Positions 50,043 through 62,580 are shown, counted from the first letter of the stretch. The stretch is DNA of 64,000 nt from Octopus sinensis (GCF_006345805.1 NC_043004.1:25234001-25298000), one strand, 5' to 3'. Numbers and translations are program-made. The notes: generated by a model not told the origin, from the letters alone.

Positions 50043-51678
50043 TAGTTTTATTTTTATAGCGTGCTTTCACTTCACTACCGAGCGCAGCTCTGTGTACCTT
50101 GGGTATGTGCTGTGATTTGTTGTGATGCTCTGATGGTTATTGTATGGAAAGTGTTCTGCGTAGGATGTGTGCAGTGCCTAGTAGTGCAATTTTCTGTATG
50201 TTATATGTATTTGTAAATCCTGGTGTTTTTGTTATGTATTTGTCTGAATATTTTTTTATCATGCCTAATGCACCTACTATGATAGGAATTGTTTCTGTTT
50301 TCAGATTCCACATTCTGATTACCTCTATTTCCAGGTCTTTGTATTTTGAAAGTTTCTCCATTTCTTTTAGAGACACGTTGTCATCTGCTGGTATTGATAC
50401 ATCAATTAGAAAGCATTTTTTTCTTCATGATCTCTGAGAACTATATCTGGTCTGTTGGCCTTAATTTCTCTGTCTGTGTATATCGGCATATCCCAGAGTA
50501 TGGTTGCTTTCTCGTTTTCTGTGACCTTTTCCGGTGTGTGCCTATACCATCTTTTTTCTGTTGTTATTCCATAATGTTGGCATAGCTTCCAGTGTATGTA
50601 GGTCCCAACTCTGTCATGTCTGTGAATATATTCCTTCTTAGTCAGGACTGGGCAGCCAGAGATAATATGATTTATTGTTTTTCGTCCATCTCCACATATT
50701 CTGCAGTTACTTGTTATATTTCTTTTCATTACATGTTTTTGGTAATTTCTGGTGGGGAGGCTTTGGTCTTGTGCTGCAATTAAAAATCCCTCTGTCTCTG
50801 CTTTGAGTCCTGAGCTTCTCAACCATTGCTGGGATTTTTCTTTGTCTATTTCTTTTGCATTTACTTTAGTTCAGTATTTACCATGAAGGAGCTTTTCTTG
50901 CCATCGTTTTATCATGGTTCTTTGCTGTTCTAGTTTTAGTTTGGATTTTATAGCTTTTGTTGTTTCTTCATCATCTTCTTCTTCTTCTTCATATTTGTTA
51001 GGTGGTATGATTTCTTGTTTGTATTTGTCAGCCTCCTTTAAATACTGAGAACAGTTTTTTGTTTTGTTCGTGTTTTGCCGCTATTTGTATCAGTTTTCCT
51101 TCCTTCTGAAGTAGATATTTTTGCAGTCCTATGGTGGTTATTTTATAGTAGTTTTCCAGCTGTATAAGGCCTCTGCCACCTTCTATACGTTGTATATATA
51201 GTGTTTCTATGTCAGATTTTGGGTGATGCATCCTAGATCCTGTCATTATTTTTCTTGTTTTCCTATCTATTTTGGTCAGTTCATTTAGTGTCCAGTTAAG
51301 GATATTGTAGCTGTAACTTATAACTGGGACAGCTAAAGTGTTGATACCCATTATCTTGTTTTTAGCATTGAGCTCTGTTTTTAGTATTGATCTAACTCGT
51401 CTATAATATTCTTTTTTTATTTTCTCTTTCATTTGTGTGTGTTGTGTCTTATCTAGTTCATGGATTCCTAAGTATTTGTAAGTTTGGTTTTGGTCTAATT
51501 CTTTTATTTCATTGGTTTTATCTAGTGGGATGTTGCTACTCTTAACTAGTTTTCCTCTTTTCAGGGTTACTTTGGCGCATTTTTCTAATCCAAATTTCAT
51601 ATCTATTTCTTTGGTAAATCCATGAACTGTCTTTAATAGTGTTTCCAGCTGTTTGTCACTTGCAGCGTATAGTTTTAG

Positions 51679-51679
<1 letters not shown>
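50040..51679 (-). mobile_element. Second 5'-truncated copy of the same R4/Dong element, in tandem
   Basis: Highly similar to 47268-48930. ORF pieces 51028..51600, 50406..50822 and 50137..50376. (TTA)n on both sides. Confidence 0.95.
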
Positions 51680-51731
<52 letters not shown>

Positions 51732-52054
51732 GATGTTATTTTTAGTTTTGCATTAATTTGTATGAATTGCACCCAAGTCTCAGCCAGAGACGTCAAGAGA
51801 CAACGAGGTTTTGTATTTAACGATGCTAGTAAATGAGGTGCCATGCAACTGAAAGCATTGATGTCTGTGAGAGACAAAATACAGAGTGCAAAAGATTTAT
51901 GTAGAATGTGTGAGATTGTGTGAGGAATTTACGTAGAATGTGTGCGATACCCATTAGTATGATCTTTTAAGATTCACTTATTTTGGAGCTGCTAGGAATT
52001 TGGTCTACATACGTGTTTGCTCCTCTTGATGCCATTCCAAATACTCCAGTAACA

Positions 52055-52470
52055 TTACTCTTTTACTTGTTTCAGCCATTTGACTGCGGCCATGCTGGAG
52101 CACCGCTTTAGTCGAGCAAATCGACCAAGGACTTATTCTTTGCAAACCTAGTACTTATTCTATCGGTCTCTCTTGCCGATCGGTTGTCAAGCGATGTTGG
52201 GGGGACAAACACAGACAGACAGACAGACAGACACACACACACACACACACACACACCACACACACACACATTTATATATATATATATATATACGATGGGC
52301 TTCTTTGAGTTTCCGTCTACCTTATCCACTCACAAGGCTTTGGTCGGCCCGATGCTATAGTAGAAGACATTTGCCCAAGTTGCCATGCAGGAGTGGCTGT
52401 GTGGTAAGTAGCTTGCTTACCAACCACATGGTTCCGGGTTCAGTCCCACTGCGTGGCACCTTGGGCAAGT
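52055..52470 (-). mobile_element. SINE family A (minus) fused to a plus-strand head fragment
   Basis: Family A body reversed to ~52385, then gcaggagtggctgtgtggtaag...gggcaagtg forward. Confidence 0.8.
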
Positions 52471-53212
52471 GATACAATTAACAAGAATAGTAACAACAAC
52501 AGCAGCAACAGCAACAACAATAGCAACAACAACAGTAAAAGCCACAACAAAGCCTGCACATATACCAACACATTTGCCAAATGAAAATATTGGAGCAAAA
52601 CCTCAGTCGAGTGACAAAGATAAAGCAGACCCCGCATATAACTAACAGGTATTAGATATGAAACACTTGGGTGAACAAATATTTGCTAAGCCGTGTCATG
52701 TAATCAGAGATGAAGCATCTCCGCCAGAGTTCTTTCTTTTTTTAATACAAGAGCGTGAGATAAGAATGTCATGGTTCTCTGCGTCACCAGGACGGATCTT
52801 TCAAGAAACATTTGAAATTGTAAGTGTGTGTAGCGATATCTTCTCTGTCGGTTGGAGTAGGGCTTTGTTTTAAAGCTGAGGACAAGGTAAAGAAGCAATC
52901 TGATGACTCTTGAAGACCACAAATCTATTCCAGTGATGAGCCCTATAGAGGCTGTGGAAGAAAAGGTCATGAGACTGATGCAAAATCGAAGGCTAAGAGG
53001 CTACACGCGTGGCCAAAAGAACTGCTTAGGGGATTTGTACATGGAAGGACTTCAAAAACAGAGTAAAAGAGAGCTATGAAGATGGTCGTGAAAAAAATGG
53101 AAGACCACGAAAGTTACTGTTTTCAGGATACTACTGGGCGCAGCACCGAGGATGATGGAAAATCATGCCTCATTCACAATGTTAGATGTCGACGATAAAG
53201 AAGCTGAAAAGG

Positions 53213-53440
53213 TGGCGACCTGGCAGAACCGTTAGCACGCCGGGCGAAATGCGTAGCCGTATTTCGTCTGCCGTTACGTTCTGAGTTCAAATTCCGCCGA
53301 GGTCGACTTTACCTTTCATCCTTTCGGAGTCAATAAATTAAGTACCAGTTACGCACTGGGGTCGGTGTAATCGACTTAATCCGTTTGTCTGTCCTTGTTT
53401 GTCCCCTCTATGTTTAGCACCTTGTGGGTAATAAAGAAAC
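53213..53440 (+). mobile_element. SINE family B, full-length
   Basis: A-box-like tggcagaaccg, B-box gttcaaattcc, conserved core, and a tail ending aataaagaaa. Confidence 0.88.
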
Positions 53441-55906
53441 AGATAAAGAAGCTGACGACCAATAAGCTGAAGATTCTGTTTGTAAACTGAAGATTCTATC
53501 CCCAGTAGTATTACTACTTCGCCTGAGATGATGGAGAGAATATGGAGGATGAGCAGAGTATCATACAATCAGGAACACTGGAATCAAAAAAGGAACAGAA
53601 ATAATAATAACGATGAGCCCTGAAAGAAAGCATGTTAAACAAATAAAGAGAACACACTCAGAATGACAAAATTCAAGGTCGTACGAATAAAAAGCAATTC
53701 GTTGCGCTAAGAGGGTGTACTGAACAGCACTTCCTCCCCACTATTCAATGGTGCACCCTCAGATTTACAGTGGTCCACTTATTTCGAAACTCCACTTTAG
53801 CATTATAACAAATTAGTGCTCACGCAGAATATTCTGAAGCACCCTCAGGTACTAAAGTCTGACGACAGGCCTGCCTTCTGAGCAAAAGTGAACGTTTGAA
53901 GATTGATTCTAATGGCGATCTACGGCTGATGGGGAAGAAATAGAGCGGTTCAAAGGAGAATATTGGTGAAGACTACACTAATGGCCTATCATACCATGAA
54001 ACTAACACTCCGGTAGGTTTTTTCTATTCTATACAACATTTACCAAAATATTCCTGAAGCGAATAAACATTAACTTGACATGATAATGTAAAAATTACGT
54101 TTGCCAAAGTTCTCAGTTTCGTTTGGCAAACCTCACATTCATGAGATTTCAAATACTTAATGTGTAACTAATTTTCGTTTTTCCTGGTTGGTGTTAGGAT
54201 TTTTATACCATAATTTCCCTTATGAAAATGGTGACCCCAAAAAAGACAAAGAAAAAACAATTTTATGCGTGGAGTGGGAAGAAGTCTACTTACCTCTAAT
54301 TTTAGAGATAAATGCATTTGTTTATCGTTTGGTGGTATTGTTGCATTATAAGAAAGAAAAAAAGAAATGCTGAATGTTATCTTTTAGTCTAACCACAGAG
54401 TTTTAATTATTACTTACTCAAATTACTTAAATCTAAAATACACGCAGAAAAATAAATCAACTAAAATCAAATCTATTTAGTGTCCTGTTTTTATTAGAAA
54501 CGTGGTAAAAACTTTTGTTGCTCCTTTCAACATAATTTGCTCACCAAAATGAATAAAGAAAAAATTCCTGGAGAGTGAGATGTTAAACGACACTCTTCTG
54601 TACATGTATTTTACTAATTTTCTAACAAACATGAGAATATGTTAGTAACACAATACTTGAAGTTAAATATAGCACTGTTACGAGTTGAATTCATGAAATG
54701 TCGAGTAACATGTAAAATCAGTTTCAGTACAAGTTGATGAGTTAATAGATATAGCAGTCTCATAGCCTTTCTTTCCGCTCCTTTCACGGAGGTCAGCTCT
54801 GGAAGAGCTTTAGTTAGATTGGTACTTAGTGATTTCACTACGAAAGAAGAGCAAGCAAAATATTACCTATGAATGGGAAAACAGCAGGTGTAGTTATTTA
54901 CAACTTACTTGTAGTGGATCTTGCATGCATGAAGTGGATTCGATCCACCACAGCCAAATTTAAATTAACACTGCAACAGAACTTTTCCCACGGTGGAACA
55001 ATGGTTTTTCTTTGACAGTAGTTTTACATTTTCCAGATGCCTTTAGCTAGGCCGAAATAATGTCTTCACCACTTGATCATTTCTAACCTCTTCTACTTCA
55101 CCAAAACTAGAATAGAGATAACAAGACCACCAGCTAAATCTATTTTTCTCAATGATATATCTATCTTTCTGTATGGTTATATAAGCGAGCACACTCCAAG
55201 CAAAATCAGTTAGTCACCAGCCGGGTAACGACTCAACCGCAGTTAGTCACCAACCGGTGACGACTCAACGAAGTCTGGCTGAACAACCTTGGTCAGAGGG
55301 AGAAAGCTACTGTGAGACAACACCCTACAATTCTCTCTGGCTCTAATTCTGTTCTCTTACAACATCATTCTATCTCTCTCCGTAATTACTACTAAACAAC
55401 GAAGAGGTCACAAACAAACTTTACTTCGCATGCTTTTGGATGTATCAAAACCTGCCCGTCGAGGCAAAGCATTTGTAACGTAACGGTAAATAAACATTTC
55501 CTTAAAACTTCATGCATTGTTCATCTTGCACATCTTACAATTTGCCGTCCTAACACTAAATATCATCATATTATTGTTTACCAATCAAAAATAAAGTCGT
55601 TACATACTCAAGCCACAAACTATGTACGCCGGGAAATCGTGCTAAATTGTGGTGTTCTATAGCGCAAAACTTAAGTCGACATTGAAGTCAGTGAAGCAAA
55701 AATCGAAGAGGAAATACATTTCACGTTACGGAATATCACGTTACAGCATGATTTTCATCGACGCAGAACTTCCGTAAAGAGTGGGTTTCTAAACAAGGTA
55801 ACTGGGACCACAACTGGTAGAGGCACTAGCAAGGGTTTGTAGTATCAAATTTCACTATGTCCTATATTTCATGTACTCAGCTACTTACTTACTAAGCAGA
55901 TTTATA

Positions 55907-56278
55907 TCTCTCTATATATAAACGGCAGTTTGTCTGTGTGTGTTTCTGTATGTCTGTTAGGTTGTACCCTCACCCTGACCACGGCTTTCAACCGATTCTG
56001 ATGAAACTTGACACACACATAGCCCAATGTCATAATTCAAAACTAACGCAGCGAAAATTTTGAAAAGTTCCCCCAGTTCTGAAAAAAATCGATAAATTCG
56101 ACATGGGGTCGAGAATCAGAAACACAAACCACAGACTGTCTAGGGGACGCAACTCGACCTTTTTAAGTAAAAAAAAATTTACCATAATTTTTTTTTCCGT
56201 TTTTTGGCTATAACTCTCTAAAAATGCTTTATAGTTATTTCCCTTACAAACCTGAGCAACGCCGGGCGATACTGCTAG
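55907..56278 (+). mobile_element. Non-autonomous Helitron
   Basis: A|TC 5' end, subterminal hairpin cctgagcaacgccggg, CTAG|T 3' end, no TSD. Confidence 0.8.
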
Positions 56279-57004
56279 TATGAAGTAAAATAAAAATTAT
56301 ATATGTGGTTTGATTATTTAACAAAAAATAATTAATAATTGAGTACTTAAAAGGCAGCATCAATGAACTGTAGCCTTTTGTATACCCAATCACGATATTG
56401 ATGGATTTCAAGCGGGTAAACAAATATGGTTTGTTTACAGTGCCAAGTTAAAGCAGCTGTTGCTTGCCGATAAAAATGGACAGTTGAAAAAGTGCGAAAC
56501 TATCAGAAAATCGCCGACCTTGCAAGGAACATTAAATATGATGAAGTGTCCACTCTAGGTTCACGAGTCATTTGTTCATATCACCGATTATTATGAGAGT
56601 GACAGCTGCTAGAATCGAATGTTCGACATTTTGGATGGTTAATTTCCCGGAACCGACCTTATGCTCTGCCTCGGCACTTTCTGTGGATGTGCTGTATGTA
56701 GCAGAAACATATTGCATATTCGTTGTTGTTCTTCTGTCCCAAGTTAGCCCGGAGCAACCATTCCATTTTTTTCTTACATGCAAGGAATCCATGTGTGGAA
56801 AAGATATAAAAAAGAATTTTCTCCAATATTATCCAACTTCCTCCTCTACATATTTGCAGTAGACTCCTCTCAAAAGAGGAGGGCTTGGGTATGTGGTAAG
56901 AAGCTTGCTTCCCAATCACTTACAAAGACTAAGTCCTGGATTTCAAAAATAGAAATATTATTATTTATAAGTCTCTCTAAAGGAGACTACGGCAGCGGTA
57001 CTGG

Positions 57005-57396
57005 ATATTAACAGTTATCGCCAATCTAATATGGCAGTCCATAAATGTAAATCGAAAGCTGCCGTTGATTAGCTCCAAGAGGTCGTAGTCTCCTTTAATA
57101 TTTCTATTTTTGAAAACCAGTGGATGTATTCCACTGAAATAAGGTAAATAATCACTTGAACAGACGGTCAACAGCGACGCCTGCTGGGTTCCGCTACTCT
57201 GCATTGATAAAGGGCAAATATCCTGAAATATGTCTGCAGTTGCCTGACCAGCAAGGGGAAGCGGCTGACCTCCCCTGTTCAAAAGTTATAATGAACACAG
57301 GTTCGTGTGTCATAGCTAATCAACGGAGCTAATCAACGGCAACTTTCGTTCTATATTTATGGACTGCCACATTAGCTTGGCGATAACTGTTAATAT
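57005..57396. mobile_element. MITE with ~70 bp TIRs, TA-flanked (Tc1/mariner-type)
   Basis: atattaacagttatcgccaa.ctaat.tggcagtccataaat...gccgttgattagctcc at the left end, reverse complement at the right end. Confidence 0.85.
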
Positions 57397-57561
57397 ATAT
57401 ATATATATAGTCTCACGCAGTGGGACTGGACCTGGAATCATGTGGTTGTGAAGCAAGCTTTTTACTACACATCTACTTCTGCTTGCTGTATGATCAGCGA
57501 CTGAATGTTGCTTGAATTTTTATATATTATAGGCTTCAGCGAATTATTGCCATCTCTAGTA

Positions 57562-57628
57562 GACAAGGTGTCCAGCGCTGGCGAAGGATAGAAATAGCCC
57601 GAAACCAAGCTGGTTTGCTGGTCCTGTC
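57562..57628 (+). ncRNA. Decayed type I (minimal) hammerhead ribozyme
   Basis: Stem I ccagcg/tgctgg, core CTG(G)CGA, stem II aggata-GAAA-tagccc, GAAA, stem III acca-agc-tggt, H17=T. There are substitutions at A6 and 10.1. Confidence 0.55.
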
Positions 57629-57934
57629 GCTAGAAGGTCGTAGGGTTCGCTCCCCAGCTTGCATGCTCTAGTGGGATATCCTGCCAGAGGGTCTTGTCAC
57701 TAGAAGGTAGTAGGGTTCGCTCTCCAGCTTGCATTATATCGGATGTAGGTGGCATTATTAACCTACTAGAGGAGATATCCTCTTGGGGTTAAAGAAATAG
57801 CAGTAACGCCCGTACTTACGGAACAGCCACGTTGAAGTGGCGACAAACATTACTCGTCCGTACAGTTAATACTTTCATCTCTTACATAGATTTTATAACT
57901 AGCTGGTTTGTTTGTTGCAAGATCAGTAGCTAAT

Positions 57935-57966
<32 letters not shown>

Positions 57967-57974
57967 TGTATGTA

Positions 57975-58005
<31 letters not shown>

Positions 58006-58424
58006 ATTATGTATGTATATTCATACATACATATATGTGACATTGCGGATGTCACATATATGTATATCGGATGCAGGTGGCATCATTAACCTACATGTAC
58101 ACATGCACATTTATACATACATATTTGTGACATCCGCAAGTCTGTAATTGCCGACTTAATTAAATTAAATAATCAAATCATTGACCTGTATTTTTCTGGT
58201 TAGCTTTTTAATGCTTACTGTATTAAATGCGTCAACGCTAACTTAAACTATTGGTTTACAAGCGAATGGTGTCACAGGAATAATTTGTTTCTATAAAACT
58301 CAGGAACGGATTTCCATGACCGGAGTAGAATTTCGCTCAATGAAATTAATACGAAACAAACACTTTATTCCGTTAGGAAATTGTTTCTTGTTATATTTCA
58401 ATTGAAGCAATGTGTTCTTTATTT

Positions 58425-58803
58425 GGAGGCGCAATGGCCCAGTGGTTAGGGGCAGCGGACTCGCGGTCATAGGATCGCGGTTTCGATTTCCAGACCGGGC
58501 GTTGTGAGTGTTTATTGAGCGAAAACACCTAAAGCTCCACGAGGCTCCGGCAGGGGATGGTGGTGATCCCCGCTGTACTCTTTCACCACAACTTTCTCTC
58601 ACTCTTACTTCCTGTTTCTGTTGTACCTGTATTTCAAAGGGCCGGCCTTGTCACTCTTTGTGTCACGCTGAATATCCCCGAGAACTACGTTAAGGGTACA
58701 CGTGTCTGTGGAGTGCTCAGCCACTTACACGTTAATTTCACGAGCAGGCTGTTCCGCTGATTCGGATCAACCGGAACCCTCGTCGTTGTAACCGACGGAG
58801 TGC
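58425..58803 (+). mobile_element. tRNA-derived SINE family C (resembles octopus OR-type SINEs), young copy
   Basis: ggaggcgcaatggcccagtggttaggg...gtttcgatttcc with A/B boxes followed by a ~300 bp non-tRNA body. Confidence 0.8.
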
Positions 58804-59331
58804 TTCCATCGCATCTTTATTTGGAGCAAATAGCTTACTCTGTTTACACGTGTGTGGGTCGAGATAAGAATGCGTGTCTATAATTACTGGCATCTTGCCG
58901 TAACATGTAGTTCTGTAATCCGAATTTTTTTTTTTCCAATTGACTCCCATGTAACATAAAAGTCAACGAGGAAACTGATTTCGCGTTACAGAAAATCACT
59001 TTGCAACAAGTTTCTTTTTTTCTTTGAGGACGTAACACTTCCGTAACGTGGATGATGACCGCATACTAAATGCATTTTACGATGTATTTTATTGTAATAT
59101 ATAATTACAAGAACAGAAAACGAACAGTCAGGAACAGCAGTTTAGAGAAGTCAGTCAAATAAATATACATATTGCAGGAATGGCTGTATGGCAAGAAGTT
59201 TGCTTCCAACCACGTGGTTCAGGGTTTAATCCCACTGCGTGGTACTTTGGGCGAATGTCTTCTACTATAGCTTCGGGCCGACCAAAGCCTTGTGACTGAA
59301 TTTGGTAGACGAAACCGAAAGAAGTGCGACA

Positions 59332-59381
<50 letters not shown>

Positions 59382-59849
59382 CCAATGAATAATAACTGAC
59401 GATGGGTAATTGTCAGCTCATTACACCTGTTTCTTACGCATTTTTTTTTAAATAGAAGAATTACTTCATTGCAACATTACTTCCTTGCAAAAAACCGGAG
59501 TCATCGGATGACACATAATTTCAAAAACAAAAGGACGTCAATGTTAAATTCGATTTTAAATGAAACATTATAAGGGTCGTTAAACTGTACTCAAGCGACA
59601 GATACGGGTGCAAACTTTGCTGCATGGAGCTGTTTGAAATATTAAAGGGATCAAATAGTGAAAATCTAATTAATAATAAACTAGACCTTCGTCTTTTCCT
59701 GTATACGTAAGACTACCTACACCTTTAAATATTTTAAGTACATTAAATAACCTCCATGATGGATCTTAGACTGCGGCCAATCAAATTTACTCCTTCTTGT
59801 GTTGACCCAAAAGTCGATTGATCTGCTTATTCGCTTGAGTCCTTCCATT

Positions 59850-60350
59850 CTCGTTCCGCCTTTGTGTATAATACGCTGGGGATTTTTAGGGGGTTGTACC
59901 TCTGAAAAACCTAAACCTTGTGTATAATACGCACCCTTTCTCGAACTTGAGTCAAGGAGGTCAATATAACGTCCTTGGTTTGTAAAAATGTATACGGTAA
60001 CGTCCCTTATTATTAATGCATATATAACATAATGCAAACGTGTAGCTTTTTTGTGCATTTTGTTTGCAGAAAATAAAGAAATAACAGTAATAACGTTTAA
60101 TAAATGTTGCTTACTGCAAATTATGGATGATTCTTTTATGACTTCATTGCTTTCAGGGTTAGCTTATGGTATTTTCGCGCCCGACATCACAAAATGCGTC
60201 AGAATAAACATAGCCGGACAGCAAATAGAGACTTGGACATTGCCTTAAAAATAATTTTCATTTTTAACCTCGTATATAGTACGCACTAGGGGTTTTGACC
60301 TTTAAATTTTGGGGAAAAAATGCAGATTATACTCGAGGATTTACGGTATA
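59850..60350. mobile_element. pogo/Tigger-like non-autonomous remnant
   Basis: Right end ...ttatactcgaggatttacggTA and internal gtataatacgc repeats. The left TIR is not clearly identified. Confidence 0.4.
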
Positions 60351-61844
60351 TAATCCCGATAACATTACTTGCATAATGGTTTACCCATTATTATGCACAA
60401 GGTTAGATACTTTTAGGTTTGATACTATCGATCGCCTGCACAGTTCTTTTCCAATTCCACTAAGTAATCCTTATACCTAGATACTATTATTTGTGCCACG
60501 CAAGTTAAATAATAGAAGGAACACACTATCCAAATCTCCTACCTGCGACTATTGGTCAGAGTAGCAATACCTGATTCACACAATGGTGATTATTCTGTCT
60601 AATTAAATTATATAAACGCCGCCTATATAACAATCCAAATTATTAATCAATAGACTACTTCCAACTACTGGCTCACTTAGATATCCGATCTGGAAATTCC
60701 TCTAACTCGGTAGTAGGTGGAATTTATTATATAACCCCCCTGTTCTTTGAACTCCTTAATGACAAGTAGTCTACTACTATTACTACCAGGTATTTCCCGA
60801 CTCTTTATTTGTTAAGGTAATAATTTCTTTCCAGGCACACCTGTCCTCATATTACAAGTGGTCTCCACTATCCCATAAAACATATTCGTATCTATAACAG
60901 CATCCGACGACTTTCTCCTCTACCAGATAAATCAATCGCACAAAGCACTACAATTCCACAATAGTCAGAACTAATCATTTGATTTCCTTCCTACTCTCCC
61001 TCAACATTCATTCTATATTCACAGAATACTCCTAACTTTGATCTTTAGCCTTAACTAGCGAATCCAAAACCCCGACCCTATACCTAATTGGCTTTATTTA
61101 TGCACTTATATATTTCTCCACTTTTTACTTTTTTACTTTTTCTTTATTCTTTATCTTTACTTTATCTTCTGTCCTCTCTAAGCTACCAACTTCTCTAAGC
61201 CTAGTATAATAAAATATACACTTGAATCACCTACATTCCATCTCTAACCTCTCAAAGAACCACTATAGCTGACTCTTATTCACCAGGGACACTAATCATA
61301 AATATCATATAACACCTTTCACAAACTAAATTCTTAACCTAACTCAACACCCTGATACCCACAACGGCCAATTTTGTTAGTCATTCTCCCATTTCAGGGT
61401 AAGCCTCGACAGACTTCAGCCACGTCACTGCTGTATTCTTGGGATATTCTTTTGTTTTTGAAATTATGTTTCATCTGAAGATTACAGTATTTTGCAATGA
61501 AGTAATGTTCTCATTCTTCTGTTTAAAAAATGCGTTAGAAACAGGTGTAATGGCCTGACAATTATTCATTGTCTGTTATTATTCATTTGATTATAATACA
61601 CCCTAGGGATTTACGACACGTTGGATGCCTTAGAGTATACCAACAACATACAATCATGTAATGTGTGCTTTGGACAAGCCCCTAGGCGCTAAATATTCAT
61701 TGGGTTGGTGTTCTCTGTGTACACAACCGGAATAATATCCTGTTTGATATTTATCAACCATAGGCAGTGGCCACAGGATTACCAAACCCTATCTATTCAA
61801 CTATCCGATTCTATCTTCTTCTTCTTCTTCTTCTATATATATAT

Positions 61845-61879
<35 letters not shown>

Positions 61880-61881
61880 CA

Positions 61882-61949
<68 letters not shown>

Positions 61950-62544
61950 TTTCTTGCTTGTTTTTACCCCTCTGCGAGGTAATTTTATTTTAATTCTCTC
62001 GCAGGAAGGACTAGTTTAGCGAGTCGTGTTCTGTCTTGCCTTCGAAACACGCTAGAGTCGAACTAGTGACAGCTGATGAAGGGGACTTTTCCTTGTGTAG
62101 TATGCCCTGTACTCTGTTTTTCTGTTGTAAAAAAATGGTTTTTCCGTTTTCGTTTCTCGTTGAGTTCTACGTCTAGTTGTGGTGTCCTGTACTCACGTAT
62201 ATATATTTATATATGCATGTATATATACATGTAGATGTAGGTACGTACATATATGTTTGTATGTATGCATATATTTTATTTATTACACTATATATATATA
62301 TATATATATGTACGTATATATCAACATGTGTGTCTTTGTGTCTGTGTTTGTCTCCTACCCCCACCGTTTGATCTGGTATTGGTTATCAAGTAGTGTTGGT
62401 GTGCGTGTGTGTGCGTGTGTGTGTGTGTGCGTGTGTGTGTGTGTATGCGTAAATGTATGTATATATGCATGAATGTATGGATGTATAGGTGTACTTTTAG
62501 GTTGTCAAAATAAATCAATGCTGAAGTACAGTTATCTTGCATAA

Positions 62545-62580
<36 letters not shown>

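Noticed and set aside
38345-50115. Many ORFs with poly-I, poly-L, poly-Y or poly-H tracts
   Set aside because: They are translations of (TAA)n/(GAT)n microsatellites, not genes. The same applies to the YI/CV/HT-rich ORFs at 0.9-3 kb, 29.6 kb and 61.7-62.8 kb.
52910-52980. C/D box snoRNA or hammerhead from TGATGA...CTGA motifs
   Set aside because: The spacing is too short, with no terminal stem and no pairing helices.
56572-56919. ORFs 56572..56862, 56568..56792 and 56659..56919
   Set aside because: No recognisable domain, no consistent splice structure, and the 3' part runs into a SINE head.
58425-58500. tRNA gene
   Set aside because: It has A/B boxes but no complete cloverleaf and continues into a SINE body. 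Treated as a SINE head.
60360-61400. Nuclear mitochondrial insertion (NUMT)
   Set aside because: The composition is suggestive, but no conserved cox, cytb, nad or atp motif was found in the frames I translated.
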